Shown piece after piece: positions 24,140-32,752 of a stretch of DNA of 33,764 nucleotides. Under the pieces are notes generated by a model. It was not told the DNA's origin and ran no database searches. It saw nothing but the letters and a program-made list of their open reading frames with translations. The DNA comes from a virus (taxonomy: Duplodnaviria > Caudoviricetes). The translations under genes were made by a program, and so were the position numbers. Position 1 is the stretch's first letter. Each line of letters opens with the position of its first letter. Location: IMG/VR virus record IMGVR_UViG_3300048670_000723, positions 1 through 33,764 of that record; one strand, 5' to 3'.

Positions 24140-24307
24140 CTATCTCCCATGCAGTTTGATGTATGTGTGAGATTCTAGCGCATTTTGAATAGATAGTGAA
24201 ACAACTTGGGAAATTTCATCAGGAGTAAATTCAATATCATTATCAGCAAGAGCTGCCTCTATCTTGGACAAAAACAGCTCGCATAAATATTCTTCTAGCT
24301 CACTCAC
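24140..24307 (-). CDS. Small acidic hypothetical protein (55 aa)
   Basis: GTG 24307 after GGAAGGGAAGA, overlapping the upstream stop. Fills the gap to the next gene. Confidence 0.5.
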   Translation of the reverse strand: MSELEEYLCELFLSKIEAALADNDIEFTPDEISQVVSLSIQNALESHTYIKLHGR

Positions 24308-24575
24308 TCTTCCCTTCCAGCAGAGCGTCAACACATAGGACGACTGCTGGAACACAATACTTCAAAGCACGCTCTTTTGCAGAGGCAATTTCTGACACCG
24401 TCAATTCTTCGTCTTTCACGACTTTCTGGGCAATCTTAGCGAGGGATAGCTTCTTGGCCGCATCAATGCCCTCTTCATTCACAAGTAGCACTTGATAGAG
24501 CAACTCGCCTAGTGTGCTGTCCCCTACCTTCTCGCCCTTTGGATCTGTCAATGCTGCACTGTAATCTATCTTCAT
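24300..24575 (-). CDS. Tail-fibre-associated small protein (assembly chaperone-like)
   Basis: 91 aa, AAAGGAG RBS; MKIDYS..TLGELL..KKLSLAKIAQKV..ELTVSEI pattern; follows the fibre gene. Confidence 0.6.
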   Translation of the reverse strand: MKIDYSAALTDPKGEKVGDSTLGELLYQVLLVNEEGIDAAKKLSLAKIAQKVVKDEELTVSEIASAKERALKYCVPAVVLCVDALLEGKSE

Positions 24576-24602
24576 ATCGTCTCTCCTTTGTTGTGAGTCA
24601 TG

Positions 24603-24630
24603 AAAATAGCACGGGGAGCTATGGCGTCAA
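24603..24630 (-). promoter_or_regulatory. Internal sigma-70-like promoter and/or weak terminator
   Basis: Minus strand TTGACG-16-TATTTT with extended TG. The same bases form ATAGC-N7-GCTAT-TTT. Confidence 0.45.
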
Positions 24631-24635
24631 TAGGC

Positions 24636-26357
24636 TTATGTAGCTGCTAAATATGAGCCGGTTATATAGAATCCACATGCGGCATCAACAGCAAGAGCCG
24701 TTCTTGCGCTTGATCCTGGAACAAATGTCGCTAAGTCCATGTAACTTGCGTTTTGAGGCACTGACGCAATAACTATACTATTTGCTGGGTGCGTTAAGTT
24801 GTTGTGAATAATACTAGTAATAACATAGTCTCCGGTTGCATTTTTAGAGGTGAATGGTAATTGACCTATTCGCATGTTGCCGGTTCCGGTATGCGCCGAC
24901 CACTCAACATAAAGCGCAAAAAACACTAGGTCGCCAATTTTTGTGTACCTACCAGTTTGAGAAGAATATGTTCCCGCACCGTTTAAAGTGGTCCCGGTCA
25001 TAATCGGCGTGAACGTCCCCTCCTCATAGTCATCTAGCGTATTAACATCAGCCGATGAGTTCTGAACAGCAGGGAACGTCAAGCCATGGGTAACGCTAGC
25101 GCGACCGTTGACAATGCAGTTTAAGTTAGTTGAAGCATTAGGCCCCGCCGTCACCTGGCCCGCCGTCCCAATACTCAAGCCAGTTACCGCACCATTGTTA
25201 CCAACAGTGAAGTCTATGCGGTCAGATGTTCCGATGCCCGTTGTGCTCTTGATTGTGAGCACCTGTGAGACGCTAGATCCACCAACAATCAATGGGCTAG
25301 TAACAGACGTTGCAAAGGTTGCAGCACCCGCCTCGGTAATTGTCGGCCCGTTGCCAACGGTCCAAGTGGTGCCAGATACTGTTAATCGCTGAGTGGCCGC
25401 CGTTCCACCTGTTATTGCCACGCCTGCACTAAATGTTTTCAATCCGCTGAATGTCTGAGCGCCTTCAAGCATGGCTATAGAGCCGGTGGTTCCGACGTCT
25501 GGGAACGAGTATGTTCGAGCTGCTGCTGATGTGCTGCTATTTAAAGTAAGTTGGTTTACTCCGCTTGCAAGTACTAGCTGGTTAGATGCTGGGTTAATAG
25601 TGACGGCAGAGCTAAAGGTCTTAGCGCCTCCAATAGTCTGAACCGCTGCTGTCATCACAAAATCAGCAGCACCTCCTGCATCGATAATATTGTATGTTCT
25701 ACTGGCGGCAGGAGCTGCAGAGTTGATTGTCGTGGTGTTAGTGACACCAAGCACTAGTTGATTAGTAGTTGGATTGATGACTACGCCAGAGCTGAAAGTC
25801 TTAGTGCCGCCTATTGTTGAGTTACCGGCGCTCATAACGAAAGCAGCCGCTCCACCCGCATCAGGTAGTGAATAGGCTCTGTTAGCGGCAGGAGCGACAG
25901 GAGTAATAGTATACTCATTACCGCCGAGCGTTGCGCTCATGTAGAGGCTTGTTATAACAGATGCGCCTTGCTTGAAGAACATAGTGTCTTCAAACAACTG
26001 CGCTCCTCTGTTAAGAATAAAAGTAGATCCAGCAGCAATTACTGGAATGGTGAGCGTCTGCGCCCCTGTTGGCACGTTAGCCTCAATGGTTAGCACATTA
26101 GCTGTACCATTATTGAATTTGAAGCCTGTTGAAAAATCGGACAGCGTCATGCCCGTTACTGAGGGCGTACCGCTCCAGGCTGGAGTAGTGCCATTGGTCA
26201 CAAGCACCTGATTGGCCGAGCCAACGCCAGCGTCCTTGATAAGCTTACCTGTCGCTCCATCAAACAGAGCTAGGCCATTATTCACAGAGCTCGCTGGCCC
26301 CACTACGTCACCTGTGCCGCCACCGCCTCCAGTTACGGGATACTTTGCAAAAGTCAT
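24636..26357 (-). CDS. Tail fibre 1
   Basis: 573 aa. Poly-Gly then GDVVGPASS..ALFDGATGKLIKD, ~60 aa repeats containing TIGGxKTFSS, and a NTLDDYEEGTFTP..GRYTKIGDLV C-terminal tip module. Confidence 0.8.
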   Translation of the reverse strand: MTFAKYPVTGGGGGTGDVVGPASSVNNGLALFDGATGKLIKDAGVGSANQVLVTNGTTPAWSGTPSVTGMTLSDFSTGFKFNNGTANVLTIEANVPTGAQTLTIPVIAAGSTFILNRGAQLFEDTMFFKQGASVITSLYMSATLGGNEYTITPVAPAANRAYSLPDAGGAAAFVMSAGNSTIGGTKTFSSGVVINPTTNQLVLGVTNTTTINSAAPAASRTYNIIDAGGAADFVMTAAVQTIGGAKTFSSAVTINPASNQLVLASGVNQLTLNSSTSAAARTYSFPDVGTTGSIAMLEGAQTFSGLKTFSAGVAITGGTAATQRLTVSGTTWTVGNGPTITEAGAATFATSVTSPLIVGGSSVSQVLTIKSTTGIGTSDRIDFTVGNNGAVTGLSIGTAGQVTAGPNASTNLNCIVNGRASVTHGLTFPAVQNSSADVNTLDDYEEGTFTPIMTGTTLNGAGTYSSQTGRYTKIGDLVFFALYVEWSAHTGTGNMRIGQLPFTSKNATGDYVITSIIHNNLTHPANSIVIASVPQNASYMDLATFVPGSSARTALAVDAACGFYITGSYLAAT

Positions 26358-26707
26358 TGGCCGTGTCCTTTTCCAAAGAAGTCAACAGCAGCTGTGGCGG
26401 TTCCAGATGTGCCAGTGTATCGCAGTGCCATAAACTGATTATCTATTTCGTCTATGTTGGCAGTGTGAACACCGGAAGCGCCAGACACCGAAAGAGTAGC
26501 TGACAAAGTCAACGTATTGGCATCTGCTTTTGATTTCGTATTGCTCACCAGCACCGTAACAGTACCAACAGGGCTAGAACCGCCAGACCATACAAAGCTA
26601 AAGCTGCCTTTAGTAAGCTGACTTACATCAACCCAGTCAGTTGTTACGGTCGTATTGCTGAGAGCCTGTGCAGTCCACAAGCTCTTCTTGATGACGTTCA
26701 TTCCCAT
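26354..26707 (-). CDS. Small beta-sandwich structural protein (fibre adaptor 1)
   Basis: 117 aa; ATGA coupling to fibre 1; paralog of 23777-24136. Confidence 0.6.
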   Translation of the reverse strand: MGMNVIKKSLWTAQALSNTTVTTDWVDVSQLTKGSFSFVWSGGSSPVGTVTVLVSNTKSKADANTLTLSATLSVSGASGVHTANIDEIDNQFMALRYTGTSGTATAAVDFFGKGHGQ

Positions 26708-26709
26708 AT

Positions 26710-29700
26710 CTACACCCTCTGCTGTCTGTCTGAGGCTTTCATATCTCTGAATGCAATCTGCTGGCTTCGTGTGATCTGCTGAGTCGGCTGTGTCTGCTGC
26801 TGTTCTTGCGGGGCATTATAGCTCATAATGCGCGCAAGGTAATCAGGCTGCATCGCCTTTGTTGACGGTATGTCAAAGAGCAGTCCGAGCTGCACGCGTT
26901 GTGCATAGGGAATCTTATTGCCGCTATCCACAAGTGACTGCATAACCTTGCCTAGAACATCGTCATACATCTTTGGATAAACGGCCTTGATAGCTTCTAC
27001 CGTGCGCGGGTTGATGCTAGCAGTCTCAATCTGTTTGATGAGCGTCTTGGGCTTAAAAACAGCTTGTGCGTAATCGCTGTATTCCATGAGTTCAACTTTT
27101 GACGGCGTGAAGTCATCGCTGCTCAGTGCGTCTGCGTTATATGGGTCTTTTGGGATCTTGGAATCAAGGAAAGCGACGCCTCTATTGATTGCGCTGAATG
27201 CCTCGATGGTCATCCGAGGAGCCTCTGTGATACCCTCTTCGCCTACCTGGTCAGCAATGCGCTCAAAAAGTGCCTGAGGATCTTGCATAAGAGCGCCTAG
27301 CTTTTTGCGATGCTCCTTGAATGCCTTCTCATCTGTCTCTTGCTGTCTTTCGCCTGGCTCGATGCGCAGACGGTCACGGATAATAGTCTGTCGGGCAGCG
27401 GGTAATGCTTTGGGGATTATGCCCTGACGTATAGCTAGCTTGGTGTCCAGGTTGCGAAAGCGAGTAGCTGCGTTGGATGCCATCTTATCAAAGCCATCTG
27501 CAGCATTGCGCATGGCTAGGATGTACCGAGCCATGGACTTGGGATTTTGCACGGTAGCGCCTGCGAGAATGCCGCCTAGGAGTCCAGGAATACCGCCCAC
27601 CGATCCGCCTGCAGCTGCTCCAATAACTGATCCAAGCATGCTCCGGCCAGTTTGTGGCTGTAGTCTATTGAGCAATAGACCGGCAGCCCTTAGTTCTGCA
27701 GTCTCATCAAAGGCTGTGGAAAACTTACCAATGCGCTGGTCTGCTGTCTGTGAGAATGCCGATACGCGCTGATTAAAGTCAGTTGCTGCCTTGATGTCGT
27801 CTTGAACGTTCTTTATCTGTTTTTGCAGAAATTCGATCTTGACCTGCTTGGCCTGTGCTCCTTTGGCATTTGCCGGTATGCGCTCAACCTTGGCTAAGTC
27901 TTTTTGCAGCTCAAATAGTCGGTTTTCTGATGGCGCTAAATCAACAGCCTCAAGAGCATCTTTTGCTTTTGTTGCCTTAGCTGTTACATTAGTTAATGCT
28001 TCTGCTCGTTTGGCATTGCGCATAGCTTCTGGGTTAGTTATGTATGACTTCACTTTCCCAAGGTCTGGCACATACTCGCGGGCATTCATAGTTTCGCCCT
28101 GCTTGATGCGGTAGAATGTGTCTATGACCTCATCAGTTGAGCGAATGGATGAGCTAATGGCGTCTGCTCTTTTTGCCATTGCTGCGCCAAACTTGCCGAA
28201 CACCTTCTCGTCTGTTGTTGTCTCTCTTACCTTGCCCCAGAGATCTTTGACTTGCTTCATGGTGTCATGAAGTGGCCTATTTTCTATCTGCAAGTCTGCC
28301 ATTGATTTTCTTTGAGGCAACTTAAACATAGGCGCTAATTCGTTCTTGTAGGTCGTCATCGCTTGCGCAACTTCGGAAGGAGTCTTTGCCGCAAACACTG
28401 CCTGGGAGTATCTGTCGGCAGCATTTGCCATGTCGTCAATTGTTGCGTTATCAAAGACAGTATAAGACTTATCCGCATTTGCCTTGCGCATTGATGCAAG
28501 CAGCTCATCTGTATCGTTGACTAGCTTTTTGCCAGCTGCTTGCGTCTTAAAGAATAGCTCTTCACCCTTCTTTTGCGCTTCCTGCACAAGTTTAGGAGCA
28601 TTGATAGGAGCGCCTTCTTGTAGTAATTCCGTGCCGTATTTTATAGCCTCTTCATCGTCTAGCTCTTTGAGTACCTGCTTGACTGGCTTGGCCGCTTCAT
28701 TGTCAAGCATACGCCCTTGAATGCGTGCCTGTTCATTGGCCAACTGTGATAGCTCTTTGTTAAATCCGATGATGTCGTCAAAGTTCTTTGTAGCCTCTTT
28801 GACAAGGATCTTATCGTCGCCCATTGTCTTGAGCGTATTGCGCAAAAACTCCTCGCCGTCTTTGGCAAACATCTTTTTAACGAGTGGATTACCGTCTAGA
28901 CCCCTAAGCTTATCGATGGCTGTGCCGTATACTTCGGACAGTGTGCCAGCTAGTTCGTCTAGGCTTTTGGGAACTATCTTGCTATTGGCAAGGGTCGTTA
29001 GTGTCTTGTCTGTGGCATATCTTGCGCCTTCAATGGCCCCACGCCCTACTCCTGACAATGAACCGCCAATCAAAGCGCCTATGCCAATATTGCTCATCGC
29101 TTTTTGCATAGACAACTCAGGATCAGACATAGCCGCTTCTGAGAGTGTCTGGCCTACTCCAAACAATGCGCCCTCTGCAGCGCCTCCGGCAACAGCTCCG
29201 GTCATTTTGCCAAGAGCAGCGCCCGCGCCTAGTCCTGTAACTGCAGTTTTAGCAGCTCCTGCAGCCTTTGCGCCTAGCTTTGCTACAGCCGCAACGGGAG
29301 ACAACGGAGTGAACATTCCAGCAACACCGCCGACAACTTCGCTCGCAAGTGTTGCGCTGGGATTATATGTTTGGAGTTCTCTAAGAGCTGTGGCAGTGTC
29401 TTCGTTGCCAAAAGCTCTGATAGCTACGTCTGAAAGGCCAACGGTAGCGCCACGCAAGCCACCGACAACAGCAGCCGTTACGGGGGCATTGTAAGCATCT
29501 TTTTTGATCTGTTCGATAGTCTGCTGGGTATCAAGTCTGCGCTCGTCTGCTGTCTGGTAACGCACACCGTCACGGATAGCATTAGGCAATAGCTCCGAAT
29601 CCATTTCGCCAAAGCTACCATCAGGCAAGGTAACGGGTATCTTGACGCCTGGACGAAGTTCAAAGTTACCTGTCGCCAATGTTTCATTGACTAGGTTATC

Positions 29701-29745
29701 TGCTACGTTAAATGTTTTGCCTGTTGACTTATCGCGTAGAATCAT
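26710..29745 (-). CDS. Large internal virion / DNA ejection protein
   Basis: 1011 aa, helical, with two Gly/Ala-rich hydrophobic segments. Third of three large genes after the nozzle gene. Confidence 0.65.
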   Translation of the reverse strand: MILRDKSTGKTFNVADNLVNETLATGNFELRPGVKIPVTLPDGSFGEMDSELLPNAIRDGVRYQTADERRLDTQQTIEQIKKDAYNAPVTAAVVGGLRGATVGLSDVAIRAFGNEDTATALRELQTYNPSATLASEVVGGVAGMFTPLSPVAAVAKLGAKAAGAAKTAVTGLGAGAALGKMTGAVAGGAAEGALFGVGQTLSEAAMSDPELSMQKAMSNIGIGALIGGSLSGVGRGAIEGARYATDKTLTTLANSKIVPKSLDELAGTLSEVYGTAIDKLRGLDGNPLVKKMFAKDGEEFLRNTLKTMGDDKILVKEATKNFDDIIGFNKELSQLANEQARIQGRMLDNEAAKPVKQVLKELDDEEAIKYGTELLQEGAPINAPKLVQEAQKKGEELFFKTQAAGKKLVNDTDELLASMRKANADKSYTVFDNATIDDMANAADRYSQAVFAAKTPSEVAQAMTTYKNELAPMFKLPQRKSMADLQIENRPLHDTMKQVKDLWGKVRETTTDEKVFGKFGAAMAKRADAISSSIRSTDEVIDTFYRIKQGETMNAREYVPDLGKVKSYITNPEAMRNAKRAEALTNVTAKATKAKDALEAVDLAPSENRLFELQKDLAKVERIPANAKGAQAKQVKIEFLQKQIKNVQDDIKAATDFNQRVSAFSQTADQRIGKFSTAFDETAELRAAGLLLNRLQPQTGRSMLGSVIGAAAGGSVGGIPGLLGGILAGATVQNPKSMARYILAMRNAADGFDKMASNAATRFRNLDTKLAIRQGIIPKALPAARQTIIRDRLRIEPGERQQETDEKAFKEHRKKLGALMQDPQALFERIADQVGEEGITEAPRMTIEAFSAINRGVAFLDSKIPKDPYNADALSSDDFTPSKVELMEYSDYAQAVFKPKTLIKQIETASINPRTVEAIKAVYPKMYDDVLGKVMQSLVDSGNKIPYAQRVQLGLLFDIPSTKAMQPDYLARIMSYNAPQEQQQTQPTQQITRSQQIAFRDMKASDRQQRV

Positions 29746-31343
29746 TTCTGTGCCGCCCGCGTCTTCGGCGCTTCTCCTGGGTTGGTGATGCCATACTGCT
29801 TGCGTAGCCGATCGTTCTCTTCAGCGCCTGCAAACATGCGCTCAACATTGGGATCTACATACTGCATGCGAGTCTTGACCTTGTTACCAAAGTCTTGATT
29901 AGTATCGGCAAGGAATGACTTCATTGTGTCGAGAGTTGGGTCTGTGCCGCTCAGTGCAGATATAGGGTCCCTAAACTGTGTTGGGTCTTCTGGCACAACG
30001 GGATCGATCAGTTTGTAGTCAGTATTAGACAATACACCAAGGCTAGCTAGATTCTTGTAAGCGATGCGCAATTCACTTGCTATTCGTTTAGCGTTTGCAA
30101 CAGCTGAGCGGTCTAGAACTTGACCGCCACCCGCTTTCTCTCGCAAAGCTATGAGTTGAGCCATTCGGTCATCAAACTGCTTTTTAGCTTCAAGGCCAGC
30201 CTTCAAGTCTTTAGCGTCTTGGTCTGTTAGAGCAACACCAATGCCTGGCACCATGAGTTTTTTAAGTTCTTTGGTTTTTTCGTCTTGCTTTTCAATAGAT
30301 TGCTTCAAAAGATTATTGCGCTGTGCGGCTTTTGATTCTTCAATGTTAAAAAGCTGCATCTTGTTATTAGCTCGCATCTGCTGGAGCTGGCCGATAGTAT
30401 CAAGAGCCTTTGCCTTTGCCTCTTCTGTTCCATAGCGCAAACCCATGACCTCTACTTGTCGCTGTACACCAGCTAGATAGGCATCTTTTTGTGCAATTTG
30501 TGCAGCTACCTTGTCATCAAACTTGCGGTAAACATCGTTGAGGATTTGCCTTTGCATAACAGACTGGCCACGCAGATTCTCGATATCCTTTTCCTGCGAA
30601 GCAATATCGCGGTCTATGGCGTTATTGATGATATTCAGTGCTTGATTGGTTTGGCTGCCAGTTAGAGCTCTGCCAATCTCACCAAAGGCAATGGCAATGC
30701 CTGCCATGATCTGCTTACCTGTGGAGCCTGCAAAAAGGCGATTAGGATCAATGCTTGACTTGGCTACCTTTTCATTGATCTCTGCAAGCTTGCTTTCTAC
30801 TCCAGTAATCGCCTCTTGCTTGCGTGTCTGCTCGTTTGCAATATCGTATTCATATTGCCCAACGCGCTGCTCTTGCTGTGCTCGCGCCTTTATTTCGTCT
30901 TCTGCTCTACTTTTTGCCGCCTTAGCAAGATCTTCTGCTGCCTTCTGCCTTGTGGTTAATGACTGGTCAAAGCCTGTGGCTATATCTTGTGGCGCTACGC
31001 TAGCAGCGTATGGCTGCATAAGTTGCATTTGATCTTGTGGCTGTTGCAGCTGCTGAGCTTGTGGCAAGTCTGCAAGTGATTGAATATTTCCAGAAGGGTC
31101 TGGCCAAGAGTCTTTGCTCGTGTTGATTCCCGCCTCTGCAAGTGTTTGCGGCCCGGGTAGAACTGGTGCAGGAGGTAAAGGCATGGGAGCTGATGCCACC
31201 GGCGCAGGCGTCATCTGCGGCGCTGTGGCCTGTGCAATCTGGTCTGCAAATGATTGCGCTTTGGTAGGCGATAGACCTGATTTAGAAATACGCCCGCCCG
31301 TGTCTGTGAGAAAGAATTTATCGTCTTGACCAACTACCGGCAT
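29742..31343 (-). CDS. Internal virion / DNA ejection protein
   Basis: 533 aa, Q/A-rich coiled coil with a central hydrophobic MAGIAIAFG segment. Confidence 0.6.
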   Translation of the reverse strand: MPVVGQDDKFFLTDTGGRISKSGLSPTKAQSFADQIAQATAPQMTPAPVASAPMPLPPAPVLPGPQTLAEAGINTSKDSWPDPSGNIQSLADLPQAQQLQQPQDQMQLMQPYAASVAPQDIATGFDQSLTTRQKAAEDLAKAAKSRAEDEIKARAQQEQRVGQYEYDIANEQTRKQEAITGVESKLAEINEKVAKSSIDPNRLFAGSTGKQIMAGIAIAFGEIGRALTGSQTNQALNIINNAIDRDIASQEKDIENLRGQSVMQRQILNDVYRKFDDKVAAQIAQKDAYLAGVQRQVEVMGLRYGTEEAKAKALDTIGQLQQMRANNKMQLFNIEESKAAQRNNLLKQSIEKQDEKTKELKKLMVPGIGVALTDQDAKDLKAGLEAKKQFDDRMAQLIALREKAGGGQVLDRSAVANAKRIASELRIAYKNLASLGVLSNTDYKLIDPVVPEDPTQFRDPISALSGTDPTLDTMKSFLADTNQDFGNKVKTRMQYVDPNVERMFAGAEENDRLRKQYGITNPGEAPKTRAAQK

Positions 31344-31345
31344 CG

Positions 31346-32752
31346 TTACACTCCCAGCTTGTTCAGACGTTGATTAATGTTGGCGAGTCCAGAGAGTGCA
31401 AGCAAGAAGCCGCGACTAGAATCTACCATCATACCGTCTGGCCCATCGATAACTGCCGTCTTGCCCATCTTGGTTTTGGCTAAGTCTTGCGCCATTGGTC
31501 CGTATTGCTTTCCTGGAGCTGTGCCTGCTTGCGTTGTGTCTCTGTAGCTGTACTCATTGTCTGTCAGGGCATTCAAAAAAGCCTGTGTCTCTTTGTTGAC
31601 TTTGATGTCTTTCTTCATGTTGCGGTCTGATGCTGCTGCCGCTGCAACTGGAGCTGCTGCTGCTGCTCCACCCGCTCCCCCAGCCGCCCCTGCTCCTGAA
31701 AGCGCAGACGCCCCCATTGAAGAGCCTCCACTAATGAGGCCACCAATCAGCTCGCTGCGTGCTTTAGCGCTCTGGCTGTATCTCTGTTGCTCTAACCCAG
31801 CTAGTCCGCTGTAGGCTCCGAGTTGTTGACCGAATAACCCTGCGGCTAGCTGTGAGTAATCGATTTGTCCTTGTTGCTGTAGTCCTGCTGCGCCGAATTT
31901 AAGCTTCTCTTCTTCAATGAGGGCTTGCAGTATTGCTTGCTGATTCTGAATACGGGTTTGTTGGTCTATTTGCGCCTGAGTAATAGCGCGCTCTTGTCCA
32001 AGGCCTGCCATGGTTCCAGATCCCTGAACAAACGTATTGATAGCGTTTTGTTTAGCTTGTTTTCCTGCCGCGTCTGCTTCAAGCGTTGTAGCTCCAGCCT
32101 GCAATGCAGATGTTCTAGCCATTTGCTCTTGCTGCAATGCGCCTTGCAAGAATGCCTGCTGTGCTGCTTGTTGTTCTTGAGCTCTGAGCTGTGCTGCTTG
32201 ATTAGCTGCAGCTTGCTGCATTTGAGCACCCTGCATCTGAGCGCCGCGCATAGCCGCAGGAGAGAATCCTCTGCTAGCTGCTGCGGTCATTTGGGCTTGG
32301 ATAGACTGGTCAATACCTGCCTGAAGTTGTGCCTGTGCAGCTGAAGGACCTTGTCCCATTGCTGCTTGCTGCATCATTGAAAAGGCCTGCGGTGAATATT
32401 GCCCTTGCTGCTGAGCAGCCGCAAGATAGCTAGCAATCCGCGGGTCCATGACTCCGGCTTGCTCAACATTTCCCCGAGCGGTGCCTACTGCGTTTTGAAG
32501 ATCACCCCAGCCTTGGCCTTGTTGAACAACAGCAGGATTTATTTTTTGCGCAGTGATTGCGCCGGGAGTATACAGCGGAACTTGTTTGTTTGCGAACTGT
32601 TCACCGAGTTGTCCTACGCGCCCTGCGGTTGCTTGCACTTGGGAGGTGTCGGCTTTCTTCACCGTAGTAGGGTCAATTTTAGTAAAGAACTTACCTACCG
32701 ATCTACTCGGATCAAGCTCCGCGGCTCCCCTTGTGAACCAGTTATCACCCAT
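31346..32752 (-). CDS. Q/A/G-rich ejection (pilot) protein with C-terminal peptidase S74-like domain
   Basis: GQGPSAAQAQL region, Gly/Ala linker, then SDRNMKKDI..YSY..YGPMAQDL and a terminal coiled coil. Confidence 0.7.
   Translation of the reverse strand: MGDNWFTRGAAELDPSRSVGKFFTKIDPTTVKKADTSQVQATAGRVGQLGEQFANKQVPLYTPGAITAQKINPAVVQQGQGWGDLQNAVGTARGNVEQAGVMDPRIASYLAAAQQQGQYSPQAFSMMQQAAMGQGPSAAQAQLQAGIDQSIQAQMTAAASRGFSPAAMRGAQMQGAQMQQAAANQAAQLRAQEQQAAQQAFLQGALQQEQMARTSALQAGATTLEADAAGKQAKQNAINTFVQGSGTMAGLGQERAITQAQIDQQTRIQNQQAILQALIEEEKLKFGAAGLQQQGQIDYSQLAAGLFGQQLGAYSGLAGLEQQRYSQSAKARSELIGGLISGGSSMGASALSGAGAAGGAGGAAAAAPVAAAAASDRNMKKDIKVNKETQAFLNALTDNEYSYRDTTQAGTAPGKQYGPMAQDLAKTKMGKTAVIDGPDGMMVDSSRGFLLALSGLANINQRLNKLGV

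Noticed and set aside
21814-26357. Diversity-generating retroelement or invertible fibre switch
   Set aside because: No reverse transcriptase, invertase, near-identical TR/VR pair or flanking inverted sites were seen; both fibres are co-oriented.
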